Shown here one piece after another: positions 32,084 through 44,785 of a stretch of 64,000 bases of DNA; position 1 is the stretch's first letter, and each line of letters starts with the position of its first letter. Source of the DNA: Cyanophora paradoxa CCMP329. Its lineage: Eukaryota; Plantae; Glaucophyta. A program made the position numbers and the translations under genes. The stretch is taken from contig QPMI01000534.1 of NCBI GenBank assembly GCA_004431415.1, positions 62,001 through 126,000 on the forward strand, in the 5' to 3' direction. A model generated the notes under the pieces. The model was not told the DNA's origin. It made no database searches and was given only the letters and a program-made list of their open reading frames with translations.

Positions 32084-32962
32084 ATGCGTGCAGAAGTGGA
32101 CACATCCCAATATGGGTGGACGTACACCGCTTCCAAGATTCCCATTTTCGGCATCTTCTTCATTCCTTTTGTGCCCACCAAAACGAGCCGCTTTGTCAGT
32201 CGCATTCCGATCGTCAACATTGTCGCCGAGTACACGTTCTACCTTCCGAGCGCTAGGGCGCTGAGCAAAGTGGTAGAGATCCTTGGCATCACGTCCGCCC
32301 TAATTATCGGTGCCGCAACGGGTTTGACCAGCTCTGTCGACATCGACGAGCTTCGGACGGCCGACGAGCGGTTCACAAGCGCCCCTTATTCAGAGACTTC
32401 GGCCTGGGTCTACGAAATTCGCCCTTCCACCTACCTGGCGGACTGCTTGACCACGTCCTTCTTTTGCTCTCTTGCTGTTTTGATCTGCTCTAGTGTTATT
32501 CTATTTTTCATTTCCAACCTTGGAACAGAAAAAGAGGACCAGCCAGTTCCGAGGTCCTGGTACACCCCCATGATCCCGGTTATGCTCGCAAATGTGCTTC
32601 TTTTTATTCTGTCCATTATTTTGGCCGCACTCGCTTTTAGTACACTCTTGGTCATTAAATTTCCCGACTACGATGTAGAGAGCATAGGCCAGGTCCGCTT
32701 CAGACTGTCTTCCGTTAAAGGCTACAATGTTCTCATTGCCTCGTGGATATTTCCGGCGCTCCTAGCATGTCTCTTGGTGATCGTTTCCCAGGCTGTGTTC
32801 TTGCACCGGCTAGGTTTCGAAGAGGATGACGATGACGCATATGAGCTCGAGGCCCAGGATGACGCCGCGGCGGAGGATTGCCCGCAGACTAGGACTAGGC
32901 CAGCACAGCTCGATACTTTTAATTCGACTTTGAAAATGCAGACTGCTGCAGTGGATCTGTGA
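32084..32962 (+). CDS. Intronless ~4-TM membrane protein of unknown function with acidic C-terminal tail
   Basis: 292-aa ORF with ~4 hydrophobic helices (ILGITSALIIGAATGL, FFCSLAVLICSSVILFFI, VMLANVLLFILSIILAALAF, WIFPALLACLLVIV); lower GC than neighbouring genes. Confidence 0.8.
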   Translation: MRAEVDTSQYGWTYTASKIPIFGIFFIPFVPTKTSRFVSRIPIVNIVAEYTFYLPSARALSKVVEILGITSALIIGAATGLTSSVDIDELRTADERFTSAPYSETSAWVYEIRPSTYLADCLTTSFFCSLAVLICSSVILFFISNLGTEKEDQPVPRSWYTPMIPVMLANVLLFILSIILAALAFSTLLVIKFPDYDVESIGQVRFRLSSVKGYNVLIASWIFPALLACLLVIVSQAVFLHRLGFEEDDDDAYELEAQDDAAAEDCPQTRTRPAQLDTFNSTLKMQTAAVDL

Positions 32963-33286
32963 ATTCTATCTTCGAATAAGAGCAGCATGCAGTGCTAGAA
33001 TGGCCATGGAAGGTTTCGCAATTGCACAATTAATGTGGCCGGCGCCGGCACATCGCTGACGTATACTAGTACTGTAGTAATTTGCGCTTAACGGGGGGTT
33101 CCTAGCCCGGGGATCGCGGGGGCTATCGCTAGCTAGCCTAGGCCTAGTACGTAGCGGTTTGCGGTTTGCAATTGTAGGAGGACCCCGGCCTGGCCCTTTT
33201 GCAGTGAATCAAAACGAATCAAACGAATCAAATGATCACGCATCCGCCAGCGCAAGCGCCAGCTGCAGGCGCCCTTCAGCTGCAGA

Positions 33287-35695
33287 CTACAACGGCTGCG
33301 GTGTTAACGTTGCGGGCCGGCCGCAGGAGGGGCACGCCTCCGGCCCGCGCGACGCCGACGCCGACGCCGACGCGCGGTGGATCCTCGCCACCTGCGCCCC
33401 GGCGCCCCGGCGCCCCGACCCCGCGGCGTCGGCCCAAGGCGGTCGGGCGACCAGGGCCATGCCCGAGGGGTGACGCAAGGCCTAGGGCCCAGCTGGTCCT
33501 CCCGAGTCCGCCCAGGGTGGCTACTCCTCCTCCGACTAGGGGCGGGGCGAGGCGGGCGCGGGGCGGGCACCTGGAAGGCGGCCGCCTCGAGGAGGCGCGG
33601 GGCGCCCGCCACGCACTCCGCCAGCGTCGCCGGGCCCCCCGCGATCGACACCTGGCCCCGCCCCCGCCCCGCCCCCGCTCAGAGACGCCCCGCTCAGAGA
33701 CGCGCCGCGCGCAGCTAGAATCTTCTTAGCTTGGTGTTTGGCCTCGGCGATGGCCCGGGGGGCGCGTGCGCACGGCGGCGGCGAGGCCGGCCTCGTAGAG
33801 GGGCTCGAGCTCCTCGGGCGCCGCCACGCCCCCGCCAGCGCCACCACGGGGCCCGCCCCCGCCGCCCGCGCCCGCCGCGCCACCCCCACGGGCACCTGAT
33901 CATGAGCACTGGTCGGCTGTGCGCGGCCGGGGCGAGCGGGGCGCTACTCGCGCACGCACCTTCCCGAGGGCCGTCGAGGCGTCGATCCTGCGCGTGCGCG
34001 CGCGCGCGCGGGCCAGGTGAGGCGGAGGAGGCCTGGCGTGCGTGCGGGGCGGGGCGGGGCGGGGCGGGGCGGGCCTGCCCTCGGCGGTGAGGACGAGGGC
34101 GGCGCCGCGGAGGGCGGCGTCGAGCCCCGCCAGCCCCGCCACCAGCTCGAACCCTGCGCGCGGCCCCGCCGCAGCGTTCAGCAGAGCAGGGCCGGGGCCG
34201 CCTCAGCGGCCGAGGGCCGGGCCCCCGCGAGATCCCTCTTAAAGCTTAGAGAAATGCGATCGGGCGGCGGCCCGAAGCAGAGACCTGCTTCTCTGGAGCG
34301 GAAAGCGCCGCACCGGGCTTCAGCTCGGCCCCGAAGAGCGCGACGAGGCCGGCCCCGAGCCCGCCGGCCGCCCCCGCCCCGGGCGCCTCCTTCACCCCGG
34401 GGGGTACCCCCAGGTCCCGCTCCCTGCGGGCGCCCCCCTGCGGGTCGGCTCGCCACCCTCGATCGAGAGGGCGGGGGTACAGCGCACCAGAGGCCGGCGA
34501 TCCGCGCCAGGCCCGCCTCGAGCTCGCGTACCCCCTCGGGGACCCTGGCCCCCTTCTGGGGCCCGAAGACAGCGGCCGCCCCGCGGGGCCCCAGGAGCGG
34601 GTTCTGCACGTCGCAGGCCACCACAATTCTGAGGGGGGTACGGCATCAGAAACAGGGGGTACCGCGATTCTGCGACGAGCGCACCGGGATTCTTTCAGGA
34701 GCGGGTGTACCCCCGACGGGTCGATTCGGGAGGCGCGGGCCATGTCGGCCCCGACCGGCCTATCGATCTCCTTCCCCGCCTCGTCCAGGAACCTGTACCC
34801 TGCAGGGGGCGGGGGCGTGAGGGACGGGGGTGCACGGGCGAGACTTGGGCGCGGGGGCCGGCCAGGGCCGCACCGAGGGCAGCCGCGAGGCCGATGCCGG
34901 CGTCTGTCGTGGCGGAGCCTGCAGGCGACCGGGCCGGGCTAAGAACACATGCACAGAGCCGCAGACGCGCGCGGAGGTGACGGGCGGGCGCACCGCCGAT
35001 GGTGAGGAGGATGCGGCGGCACCCCGCCTCCAGCGCAGCGCGCACGACGAGACCCGTCCCGTACGTGCTCGTTCTGAGCGGGTCGCGCTCCGACGGCTGC
35101 GCGGGGCGTAAAGACGCGCGGGCCGGTGAGGAAGCAACGCGTTTCACTTTCAAGAGGAAGAGGCCGCTGCTCTGAGCCATCTCTATGACGGCCGTGGACT
35201 CGCCTCCGTCCTCCACCACGCCGTAGCGCGTCTGGAGCGACCGCTGCGCGCCGGTCTCGTGTGAGCCTAGGCGCCGCGGGAGGGGTCGAGGCGGGCGGGC
35301 GCGCCAGCAGAGGGTCGCAGGCGTCGGCGGGCACGAAGCGGCCGCCGCGGGCCGCGACGAGCGCCTCCATAGTGCCGTCGCCGCCTTCGACGGCGATCCG
35401 CCGCGGGAGGCGAAGGTCAGCCGCGCTCTTCGACCTCACGTTTTCAGCGCTCGCTCACCGTCGGCCAGCGGAACCTGCCGGTGCGCGAGCGCTCGCAGTG
35501 AGCAGGCGTTCGGCGTTTGCGCGTGGGCTTCGATCCGCGCGCCTGCAGGATCTCCAGCTCGTCGTCGGCGAGGTCTGCATACGCCCTCCGCACGCCCCTG
35601 GCGATGGCCTTCGCCGCCGCGGGCGCTGATATGCTCTCCTTGAATGCGTTGGGCGCCACCACAATGCGCAGCGGCGGGGCGCGCTCGTGCGCCAT
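33287..35695 (-). CDS. glxK: Glycerate kinase, class I (GlxK/GarK family)
   Basis: Family motifs across exons: [98 protein letters not shown]. Confidence 0.93.
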
Positions 35696-36158
35696 CGTTT
35701 CCTCGCGGAGGCCGCCGCCCGTCGCCGCTTCGGCTGCCGCCCTGCCGGCCTGCCTTCGCTTGGCTCAGAAGCTGGTAATTATGAGCTGCCCCGCAGTTGC
35801 GCTCTGCTCGTTTCGGCGAGCTGCAGCTGGTTGCCACGCCCGGCACGCCGCGGTTCAAGGGTACGGGCCACGATGACCGCAGGGCGTGCCAGTGCCCGAT
35901 TCGATTCAGTTGGGGCAGATTCTCTGTGCGCGCCCGCGGCCGGCACATTTGAAACTAGTCCGTGGGTGCGGGTGCGACCAAGGCTAACCAAGCTCCGCGC
36001 TCCGTGAGCGTGGGCGCGACCAAGCTACGCGGAATAGCTGTACACTTGCATTTGGTTAAGAAGGACTGTGGTGTGGTGCGGTCTACCAGGCACCATGCAG
36101 GCATGGAGGGGAAAAAAGGACTGCGCGGCGCTGAAAGGAGGGAAAGAGGCGCGGGCTG

Positions 36159-37365
36159 TCATGCGGTGGTGACGACGAAGACGGAAGAGCGGCCCTTGAG
36201 GTAGTAGCCGGTCTTGCCGTCGTCCTGGAAGATGCGCGACTCGTACGCGAACTGCGCGGTCCGCGCTCAGGACAGGCGAGGAGAAGAAGAGAAAGGAAGC
36301 TTAAGGGGGAGTGCCGCGGACCTCGGGGTTGAGCTGGTTCGCCTTGAAGTGCAACTCGCCCGCAATGCCGCTGATGAACTGGAAATCGAGCGACTGCTCG
36401 TCGGGGCTGTTGACTGCGGGCGAGGTCAGGGCGGGGCGGGCGGGGTGCGGGCACGGGGGTAGCGGGCGGAGCACCCTTGTAGATGCCGACCCAGCCGCCG
36501 GGGTTGTTGAAGGGCGCGGAGAACTTTACGACGATGTTCGAGTTGTTCTTGCAGCGCTGGGGCACTTCGACGGACCAGCTGCCGACGACGAACGGGCTAG
36601 ACTTCGCCTTCAGGCTCTTGTAGTCGTCGTTCTCTGAGCGGGGCGCGTCAGGCCGCGGAAAGGATGAGAATTGAGTGAGGGCGGCGGGCGGCAGACGGAC
36701 CGTAGAGCGCCGCGACGTACTCGCGGTCCTGGAGGAGCATGCGGGAGGAGAAGACGACGGTGCCGCTCTTCTGGTCGATGCTCTTCCACTCGACCTCGCC
36801 GGGGTTCTCCCGGTCAAGCGGAGCACCCTTCTCGAAGATGCCAATCCACGCTGCGCGTCATCGGCGACTCGGCCTTCAGCGTACGTAGAAGCGGGCTAGC
36901 ACGGCCAGCGATACGACGAACCGTTCCGCTCATCGCCGGGGAACTTGAAGCTAACAGGGACATCCGCGCCACGGTCTACGACGAGCGGGACCGACACCTG
37001 GACAGCGCGGCATCAAGTTAGAATGTTCAGATGGTCCAGCAGGCCCGGCAAGCTGCTGCTCTAAACGACGACCAGAGGCGATGCGATGCTCACCTTGAAC
37101 GTGTCTGCGCGCGGCGCAATCGACGAACACAGGTCGGTTAGAGCGGACAGACTTTACGGGTGACTGCGAGGAAAGGAGGCCTAGCAGACGTTGCAAGATT
37201 CGCAGTTCGGTCCATTATACCACGACGCGTTGACTAGAGGGTTTCACCGGACGCTGGCATGGCTATGAGCGCGGGAAGGTTCGGAGCACACGAACCTCCC
37301 GCGTCGCGTGTCTTGTTGCCATCCGGGCAACCGCAGAACGAGCCAAGGACCGCGAAGAAGCTCAT
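36159..37365 (-). CDS. Protein with two tandem SKICH-like (Ig-like beta-sandwich) domains
   Basis: Two similar units: VPVSFKFP...AWIGIFEKG...GTVVF...YVAALY...SSPFVV and IVVKFSAP...GWVGIYK...GELHF...YESRIF...SSVFVV. Start MSFFAVLGSFCGC tentative. Confidence 0.6.
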
Positions 37366-37585
37366 TGCTGCTCGCTGCCAACCGCGCTTTGTGCGAAGAC
37401 CCTGAACCCCCCTAGCGAGAGATCCCCCCTCGGAAGCAGCCGCCGACGCCGCGACGAGCGTGAAGCGTTTCGGAACAGCGAGCACAGCATCGTGCGCCTG
37501 AATCGCTGCTCAGATCGGGCGGCGCAGCGAACCAGCAGCGGGCGACGCGGGCGGCGGGGCAGCGCAAGGACACGCCGCGGCGAAG

Positions 37586-37892
37586 ATGAGCGGCGCCGAT
37601 CCAGCGCACACCACCGAGGCGATGCTTGCGGTGATGCCGGACCCGACGCGCACGCACAAGTGGAGCCAGAACCCTTGCAACGCGGCGGCCCAGGCTAGCT
37701 ACGACTGCCTCGCAGAAAACCAGCACAATAAGAAGGCCTGCGAGAAATACGTGCGCGGCACCGGCCCGTTCGCCGCCTGCTCGGCGCCGCCGCGGCCAGC
37801 GCCCATGCATTTCGGCGCAGTTCGACGAGTACAAGAAGTGCAAGACGGCGATGATGGAAGCTCGTAAGAAGTTGAGGCAACAGCAACAATAG
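37586..37892 (+). CDS. COX23: Twin CX9C (CHCH) mitochondrial protein, COX23/CHCHD7-like
   Basis: NPCNAAAQASYDCLAENQHNKKACEKY|FDEYKKCK gives two CX9C motifs; intron 37751-37820. Confidence 0.8.
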
Positions 37893-38177
37893 CGCTGCCG
37901 CCCGGCGGGCGAGCACGCGGCCCGCATTTGCATGCGCTCCTTCGGCGCGCATTTGCAAGCGCATTTGCCGGGCCAGATGAGCGAGTCCGTGGCAGACGCC
38001 ATATGCATGCTCTCTAAGTGTGTCGCATTTCTCCATCCTCCGCGGCCAAGGCCGGCATCTATGCCTTTCGCCGTTGTCTAGCTTTTCTGTGTTTTCCCGG
38101 AGCATGATAGAACATGCTGGGATCATCGAATATACTGTAGCTATCTGCGATTCATAAATATCCGCTGTCTCTGCGAG

Positions 38178-39797
38178 CTACAGGACGGTGTGGGACTCGT
38201 CCGCGTACGAGCGGCCCCGGCCGCCGCCGCGGGCGGAGGCGGGGCGGGGAGGGGTACCCTGCTCCGTGACGAGGGACTCCGGGCGGGCGATGTACGCGAA
38301 CTGCTTGGAGCCGAGGAAGGAGAGGGCGGGGGGTACGGTGCCGTCGCGGGCGCAGAAGGAGCGGCCGTCCCAGTACCCCTTCTGGACGAAGGCGGCGAGG
38401 ACGCGGCAGGAGAGGAGCTCGTGCTCGCCGTCGGGGGAGGGGAGGGGTACGTCGTCGACGCGGCACACGAGGTGCGCGGCGCAGCCGGCCACGGCGAAGA
38501 ACTCGGTCACCGACTCGCGGGCCTTGCGGCCGGCGGCCCCGGGGCCCTCCGGCACGCTCGAGGAGGAGGCCGGCGCGGACGAGGCCGAGGCCAGGCGCGC
38601 CGAGGGCGGCCGCCGCACGGCCGGCGGGGCGGGGCTGAAGGGCGGCGCCGGCGCGGGGTACAGGCCGTCGGGCGAGGGCCCCGAGGCGCGGCGGCCGCCG
38701 GCGGCGGAGGAGGGCCGGGGGGAGGAGGAGGCGGCGGGGCCGCCGGGGAGAGGCGAGGCGGGGGGCTCGGGCCCCGGGGAGGGCGGCACGTCGGAGAACG
38801 AGTCGGCGGCGGAGCGGGCGGTGGCCGGGCCGCCCAGCTCCGGGCCCAGCGTGAACTCCTCCAGGGCTGCGTTCACCGCCTGCGGGGGCGCGTCAGCCTT
38901 GAAAGGGCGCGGAACGCAGTGCGCGGGGCGGGGACCTCGTCTATGAGGTCGATGGCGAGGTCGGCGTCCATGGCGGTCCGCAGGAGGCGCCGGTGGCGGG
39001 AGACCCCCGGCGTGTCGGGGGCGCCGCCCGCGCCCGCCGGAAGCCCCTGCGGCGGCTGCTCCTGCGGCTGCGGCTCCTGCGGCTCAGCGCGGGCCTCCTT
39101 CAGGGCGTGCCAGCCTGCGCGGCCCCGCGTCAGGCGCACGTTGGCCTCGGCGGCGGTTCGCGGGGACCGGGGGCCGGGGACGCGCCTGGGTGGCAGAGGG
39201 GGATACCGAACTCCCGGAACTTGTCGACCTCGACGCCCGTGCAGCCGCCGATGGCGACCAGCAGGTCCTCCATGCCGCGCACCGGAACGCTGAGGACTGC
39301 GGGCGGGGGTCGGTTCGTCGCCGGGCGCCGGCTGCGGGAACGCGCGAGCCGTACCGAATCGCTTCCGTGCCTGGATCAGCTTCAGAGTGTGCCGCCTCTT
39401 GTTGATCGAGCACAGAAAGCCGCCCTGCGCGGGATTCGGCGCGAGGCCGGCCGGGCCGCTCCCGGGGACGGACCTGGTTGTTGACAGGCGTGAGCCAGGA
39501 TATGGTCATGATGTTGCGCTCGCCGGTCTGCGCGGGTGCTCGCGCTTGAGAGCCGGGCGGGAAGATGTCACCACGCGTTACTCGACGCGAACCTCGGGGA
39601 CGTTCGCGGTGAGCAAACATACAGGGTTCGGGAAGAGGATGCGCGAGAAGAACGTCTTCTCCAACTGCGGGTGAGAGGCGCGTGAGGCGTGTGCTGCCGC
39701 GCAAGTAGAGGATGGCTAAACCCGGAGCGCGGTCGAATCGCACCCTGATGCAGTCCTCGCGCATCCTCCTCAAAGCTTCTGGGTGCATCTGCGCCAT
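38178..39797 (-). CDS. Flavin reductase-like FMN-binding split-barrel protein with low-complexity insert
   Basis: SRILFPNPVCLLT...RNIMTISWLTPVNNQ|GGFLCSINKRRHT...F|VLSVP...AIGGCTG...DKF, and C-terminal GCAAHLVCRV...HELL...LSFLGSKQF. Confidence 0.8.
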
Positions 39798-39996
39798 CTC
39801 GCCTCACGGTCGTCGACAGCCTCCGAGCCAACGCCTCGCGTCGGGATCTCACGCGTTCGCGCCAGCAAACCGAAGCCCAACCGGACCGTTCGAATGCGAT
39901 CGCAGCCTGCTGCAGATAGCTAAGGCCGCGCGTTGAAGCAACTTGAAGGCCGCAAGGGGGATACAGGGCCAATCGCAAGCCGCACGAAGTCGGTTT

Positions 39997-41417
39997 ATGC
40001 AGGCAGCGTTTGCGGCTTCAGCATTGCCGCTTAGTAGGTGTAGGAGAGTCGCAGCATTCAGCCGAGCCGCCTGCACGGCGACCAGACCGAGCGCCCGGAT
40101 GTCGGCGGAAGGTTCGCAGGCGGGCCGGGCCACCCGGACGGGGCTGACACGCTTGCAGCAGCACATGCGACGGCGGCTGAGCCGGCTATCGACGCGAAGT
40201 TCGTCCACGGGCGCGTGCAGGAGGTGCTGAACGACATCGCTCAAGCGTCGACGGCGGCGGGTCGGTCAAAGCCACCGCGCCTCGTTGCTGTAAGCAAGAC
40301 GAAGCCGGTCGAGCTGCTTCAGGGCGCGTATGACGCCGGCCAGAGGCACTTTGGTGCGACCCTCCGCGGTTGCTCAGGTCCTGCTGCCGGCCGTCCGACT
40401 GGCCTATTGCGCGCAGGCGAGAACTACGTGCAGGAGCTCGTGGACAAGGCGCCGGTGCTGCCGCAGGACATCCAGTGGCACTTCATCGGCACGTTCCAGT
40501 CGAACAAGGTGCCGCGCTCTCGCGCCTGCTCCGCCCGCTCCGCCGCCTAGCTGATACCGCGCGCCGCTGTGCAGGCCAAGCTTCTAGCACAGGTGCCCAG
40601 CGTGCCGCAGCCGGTCGCACGTCGCGCCGCGCGCCCGAGCCGCCCGCGCAGGTCCCGTCTTTGTATATGGTGGAGACGATCAACAGCGCCAAGGGCGCGT
40701 CGGCGCTGGACCGCGCTTGGGGCGCGGCCGGCCACTCGCGCAAGCTGCGCGTGCTCGTGCAGGTCAACACGAGCGCAGAGGAGAGTGAGCGGCGCCTCCC
40801 CCCCCCCCCTCCGCGCTCGCCGTCCCCTCGCCGACGGCCGCGGGTGGGGGTACTGCGCAGGCAAGTCTGGCGCCGACGATATCGAGACGACGAAGGAGCT
40901 CTGCAGGCACGTGGCCAAGGAGTGCCCCAACCTGGAATTCGGGTACCCTTCCCCCTCACTCAGCGGGGGCCCCCGCCTGCGAGACCGCAACCCCCGCGCA
41001 CCCCCCCACCGACCCGCCGCAGAGGCCTCATGACGATCGGCGCCCCCGACGACAGCGAGGAGCCGGCCGCCTTCAAGGTCCGCTACCCCCCTCCCCCCCC
41101 TTCCCCCCCCCCCTTTCGGGGTGCCAGATCGATGCGGTACCCCTGACACCTTCCCCCCCCCCCTCCCCCTGCAGCTGCTGTCGGACTACAGGACGACGGT
41201 GGCGCAATCGCTGGGGCTCGACCCCGAGTCGCTGGAGCTCAGCATGGGCATGTCCGGCGACTGGCGCCAGGCGGTCCGCGCCATCTATGAGTGCCCTCCG
41301 CGCCCCGCCCTCTGCCTCGTCTGAACGGCGGCCTGCTCGCCGCAGCTGCGCATGGGCAGCACCAACATCCGGCTGGGGAGCACCATCTTCGGCGCGAGGA
41401 ACTACGGCGCCCACTGA
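39997..41417 (+). CDS. PLPBP: Pyridoxal phosphate homeostasis protein (YggS/PROSC) with N-terminal transit-peptide-like extension
   Basis: LVAVSKTKP (PLP lysine), [53 protein letters not shown]. Confidence 0.95.
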
Positions 41418-41902
41418 GTGCAGCGGAGGCTGGATCCCCACGATGTATTTTTTCTGTAAGCTAAAGTGTGTTTTTGAACGGAGTCCGGTGGCCGCGCGGC
41501 GCGCGGCCCGGGCGGCGTCCGGAGAACCTCGGGCCTCAGCATGCACTTTTTACAGGGCTAGCCCTAGCAGCTATAGCTATAGCGACGTGCGCGTGGAAAT
41601 TTAAACGCGCCGCGCTGGAAAGTCGAATTTCGAATATCGACTATTTAAGCGAATTTCTCGATTGACGCTGTACCCCTAGCTCAACATGGCTGCCATGGCA
41701 ATGCAGCGTTAGCCGCGCTACATGCGACCGGGAACGTCTTGCAGCTTGTAGGCTCAAGCGCTGCGGCGTAAGGACCATAGCACTGCGTGCAAGGGCCGCC
41801 CGCGGCCGGTGAACTCAAGACTTGACTTCAGTCCCGCGGCGGCGGTGAATAGGGCGCGGTTGGCAGTGAGCACGGGCTTGTTTGCGCAGCGGGGTGGTGC
41901 GC

Positions 41903-44785
41903 ATGGCCGCGCCCGGCGTCCACCCTGGCGAGGACAAGGTACGAATGTGGTGGAGGGGCGGCGCGCGCCGCCGATCCGAGCGCGACCCTCGCATGCGCAC
42001 TGCTTATATTACGCTTGGCACAGGAGTCCGATCCGCTCGCTGAGCGATCGCCGGGACAGCCTCATAAGAACGCGTCGAGAGATTTTGATGCGGCGAAGCC
42101 GCTGCTGCGGGAGGCTCAGAATGACGACTTTCCTGCGGCCATCAAGTACGTCCTCACGACCGAGATATGCGAGGCGCGCCCTCCTTGCCCGTCCCTTGCG
42201 CGAGCTCGGCTTGACAGCTGCGCAGCGCTTCTGCTTCTACGGCCTGCGGGCGATCCTGGTGCTGTACTTCGTGCAGGAGCTGCGCTTCAACGAAGATCTG
42301 GCAATTACCGGCTTCTCCGCGTTCTCCTCTTTCCTCTGTGCGGCGGGGCTTGGGCATGCATTTTGCCGTCCTTCAGCTGCCGCTGACTGGTGCCCGCCGC
42401 GCGCGCGCAGACGTGATGCCGATCATCGGAGGCTACGTTGCCGACAAGCACCTCGGGCGCTACAGAACCATTCTCGCGTTCTGCATGGTGTACGCGTTCG
42501 GGGCGTGCATGCTGGCGACCTCCACGTTCACTCCCACCGTCTGGGGCGCGGTTCTCGGGCTCGCATTCATCGCAATCGGCACGGGCGGCATCAAGCCGTG
42601 CGGTGCGCCGGCCCGAGCGCCCGCCGGCCCGCGCGGGGATCGAATTCGGTCGGCGCAGTCTCCGCTTTCGGCGGCGAGCAGTTTGACCGGAGCAGGGTGC
42701 GACCTCTCTCCCCGCAATCCCAGCTCGAACCAGCGCCGAAGCCGATTCGGGAATTCGAATCGCGCAGGCGCACCTCCTCCCCGCCTACTTTCAGTTCTTC
42801 TACTTTGCGATCAACTTGGGCAGCGTCACGAGCTACATCGTCCGCCCGCTTCTCCGCGCCGCGGACGTCTCCGAGCTGATCTGATGTCTGGCCGCAGGTG
42901 ACGCCGCTGCTCCGCACGCACTTTGGGTACCCGGGTACGCCCCGCGAGCGAGCGGCCTGCCCCCCCCCCCCCCCCCCCGCCCCCCCGCCCCTTCTTCTTC
43001 CTCCTCTGAAGCGACATAACCGACTTCTGTCCCGCCCTTCCTCCCGCCCTCCTTTCTCGGCAGCTGCCTTTGGGGTACCGGCTATTCTGCTCTTCATCGG
43101 AGCGTTCATCTTCTGGGCGGGGTCCCCCAGCTTCGTGAAGGTGCGCGTACCCCCTTTCCTCCCGGACAGCGCCTGCGGGCCCGCCTCACACGCTTCGCGC
43201 AGCGTCCGGCGGGCGGCGCGGCGATGGGGAACGTGGCGCGATGCTTCGCTGTGGCCGCCGGGCGGCGGGCGAAGGCAGCGATCTGGCCGCGCAAGCGCGT
43301 GCCCCTCGATTCGGCGGTACCCCAGACCTTTTTTTCTCGTTCGTCGTACCCCAACGCCGCTCCGCTGAGCGGTACCCCCCTCAGCCCCTGCACACGCACT
43401 GGCTGGAGTACGCTCTGCCCGATGTACCCCCGGATGCCGTGGCCGACACCAAGGCGATCATCGCCATCCTGCCCGTTCGACTCTGTACCCCGCCTTGCGT
43501 ATTCTCCCCGCGCCGACTCGAACCCAGGTCCTCTCCGCCTTCCCCGTGTACTGGAGCTGCTTCGGGCAGATGGCCTCCACCTGGACGCTCCAGGTTCGAG
43601 TCCCGTTGGCTCACTTTTCGGTCCCGACCGAACCCGTACCCCTTAGGCCCTCGACCTCAATCGAAAGGTCTATGGGTACACTCTGCAGGTACCCCCGCCC
43701 GCCCGCCCGTTTCTTCTGTCTTCCGGTTCCCGCCGGCGCCCCCGCCGACCCTGCCCCGTCCCCGTCCCCGCCCGCCGCAGCCGGAGCAGCTGGGCATCCT
43801 GAACCCCGCGCTGGTTCTGGCCTTCCTGCCCGCCTTCAACCGCGTGGGCCTGCCCGCCCTCGCCCGCGCCGGCCTCCGCTCCGATGTCGCCCGCATCGTC
43901 CTCGGTACCCCCCCGCCCTCCTCCCCCCGCCCCGTCTTCCCTTTTGACGCTGTACCCAGGCATGCTCCTCGTCTCGGCCGCCTACGTCTGCTCCGCCGCC
44001 CTGCAGGTGCCGTCGCGCCGCCGCACGCCCGCCGCGATACGCTTCACCGGTACCCCTCCACGCTCTGATCCCCCCTCTTCCCGCAGTACCGCATCTTCAC
44101 GTCGCCGGCCTTCTCCGTGTCTGTGCTCTGGATGGTACCCCAGTTCGTCCTCATCACCGCCGGCGAGGTGCGATCGCGATCGCGAACGAAGGACGGAGGG
44201 GTCCACCCGTCACCCTACCCCCGCGCCCCCTCCTGAGCCCCCCTTCTCCCCTCCCCCCCTCAGATCCTGGTGTCGGTGACGGGCCTGGAGTTCGCGTTCC
44301 GGCGCTCGCCGGCCTCCTCTCGCTCCCTCGTCGCTGCCCTCTACTACCTCGCCTCCGTGCGCCTCCCCCGCCCGCTCCTCTACTAAGGAAGTACGAGCTG
44401 GGGCTGACGGGCGGCGCGCGCACGCGCGCAGGCCTGCGGGGAGGCGATGATCGGCGTCCTCTACTCCGTCCTCGACAGGTCCGCAGCCGCCCCCCGCCCC
44501 CCGCCCGCCTCCTTCTCTCTGGCGCCGCTGAGGCTGACGGGGGCGCGGGGCAGGGCCCCGCGGCACGAGCTGCTGGCGCTCTTCGCGGCGCTGATGCTCG
44601 TCGACGCCGCCGGCCTCGCCGCCGCCCGCGCCCTCGGCCTCACCCCGCCCCCGCTCCCTTCCTCCGCCGCCCCCGTCCCGGCCCCGCCCTCTCCCGCCGC
44701 TCCGCCCCCCGCCCCGGCGGCGGCGGCGGGGTACGGGACCCAGGGCCCGAAGCCGGCGACGGCGGCGGGGGCCGAGGAGTCCTAG
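41903..44785 (+). CDS. Proton-dependent oligopeptide transporter (POT/PTR2, SLC15-like)
   Basis: EICE|RFCFYG (ExxERFxYYG), GGYVADKHLGRYRTI, IAIGTGGIKP, FYFAINLGS, QMASTWTLQ, PQFVLITAGE|ILVSVTGLEFAF. Confidence 0.93.
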
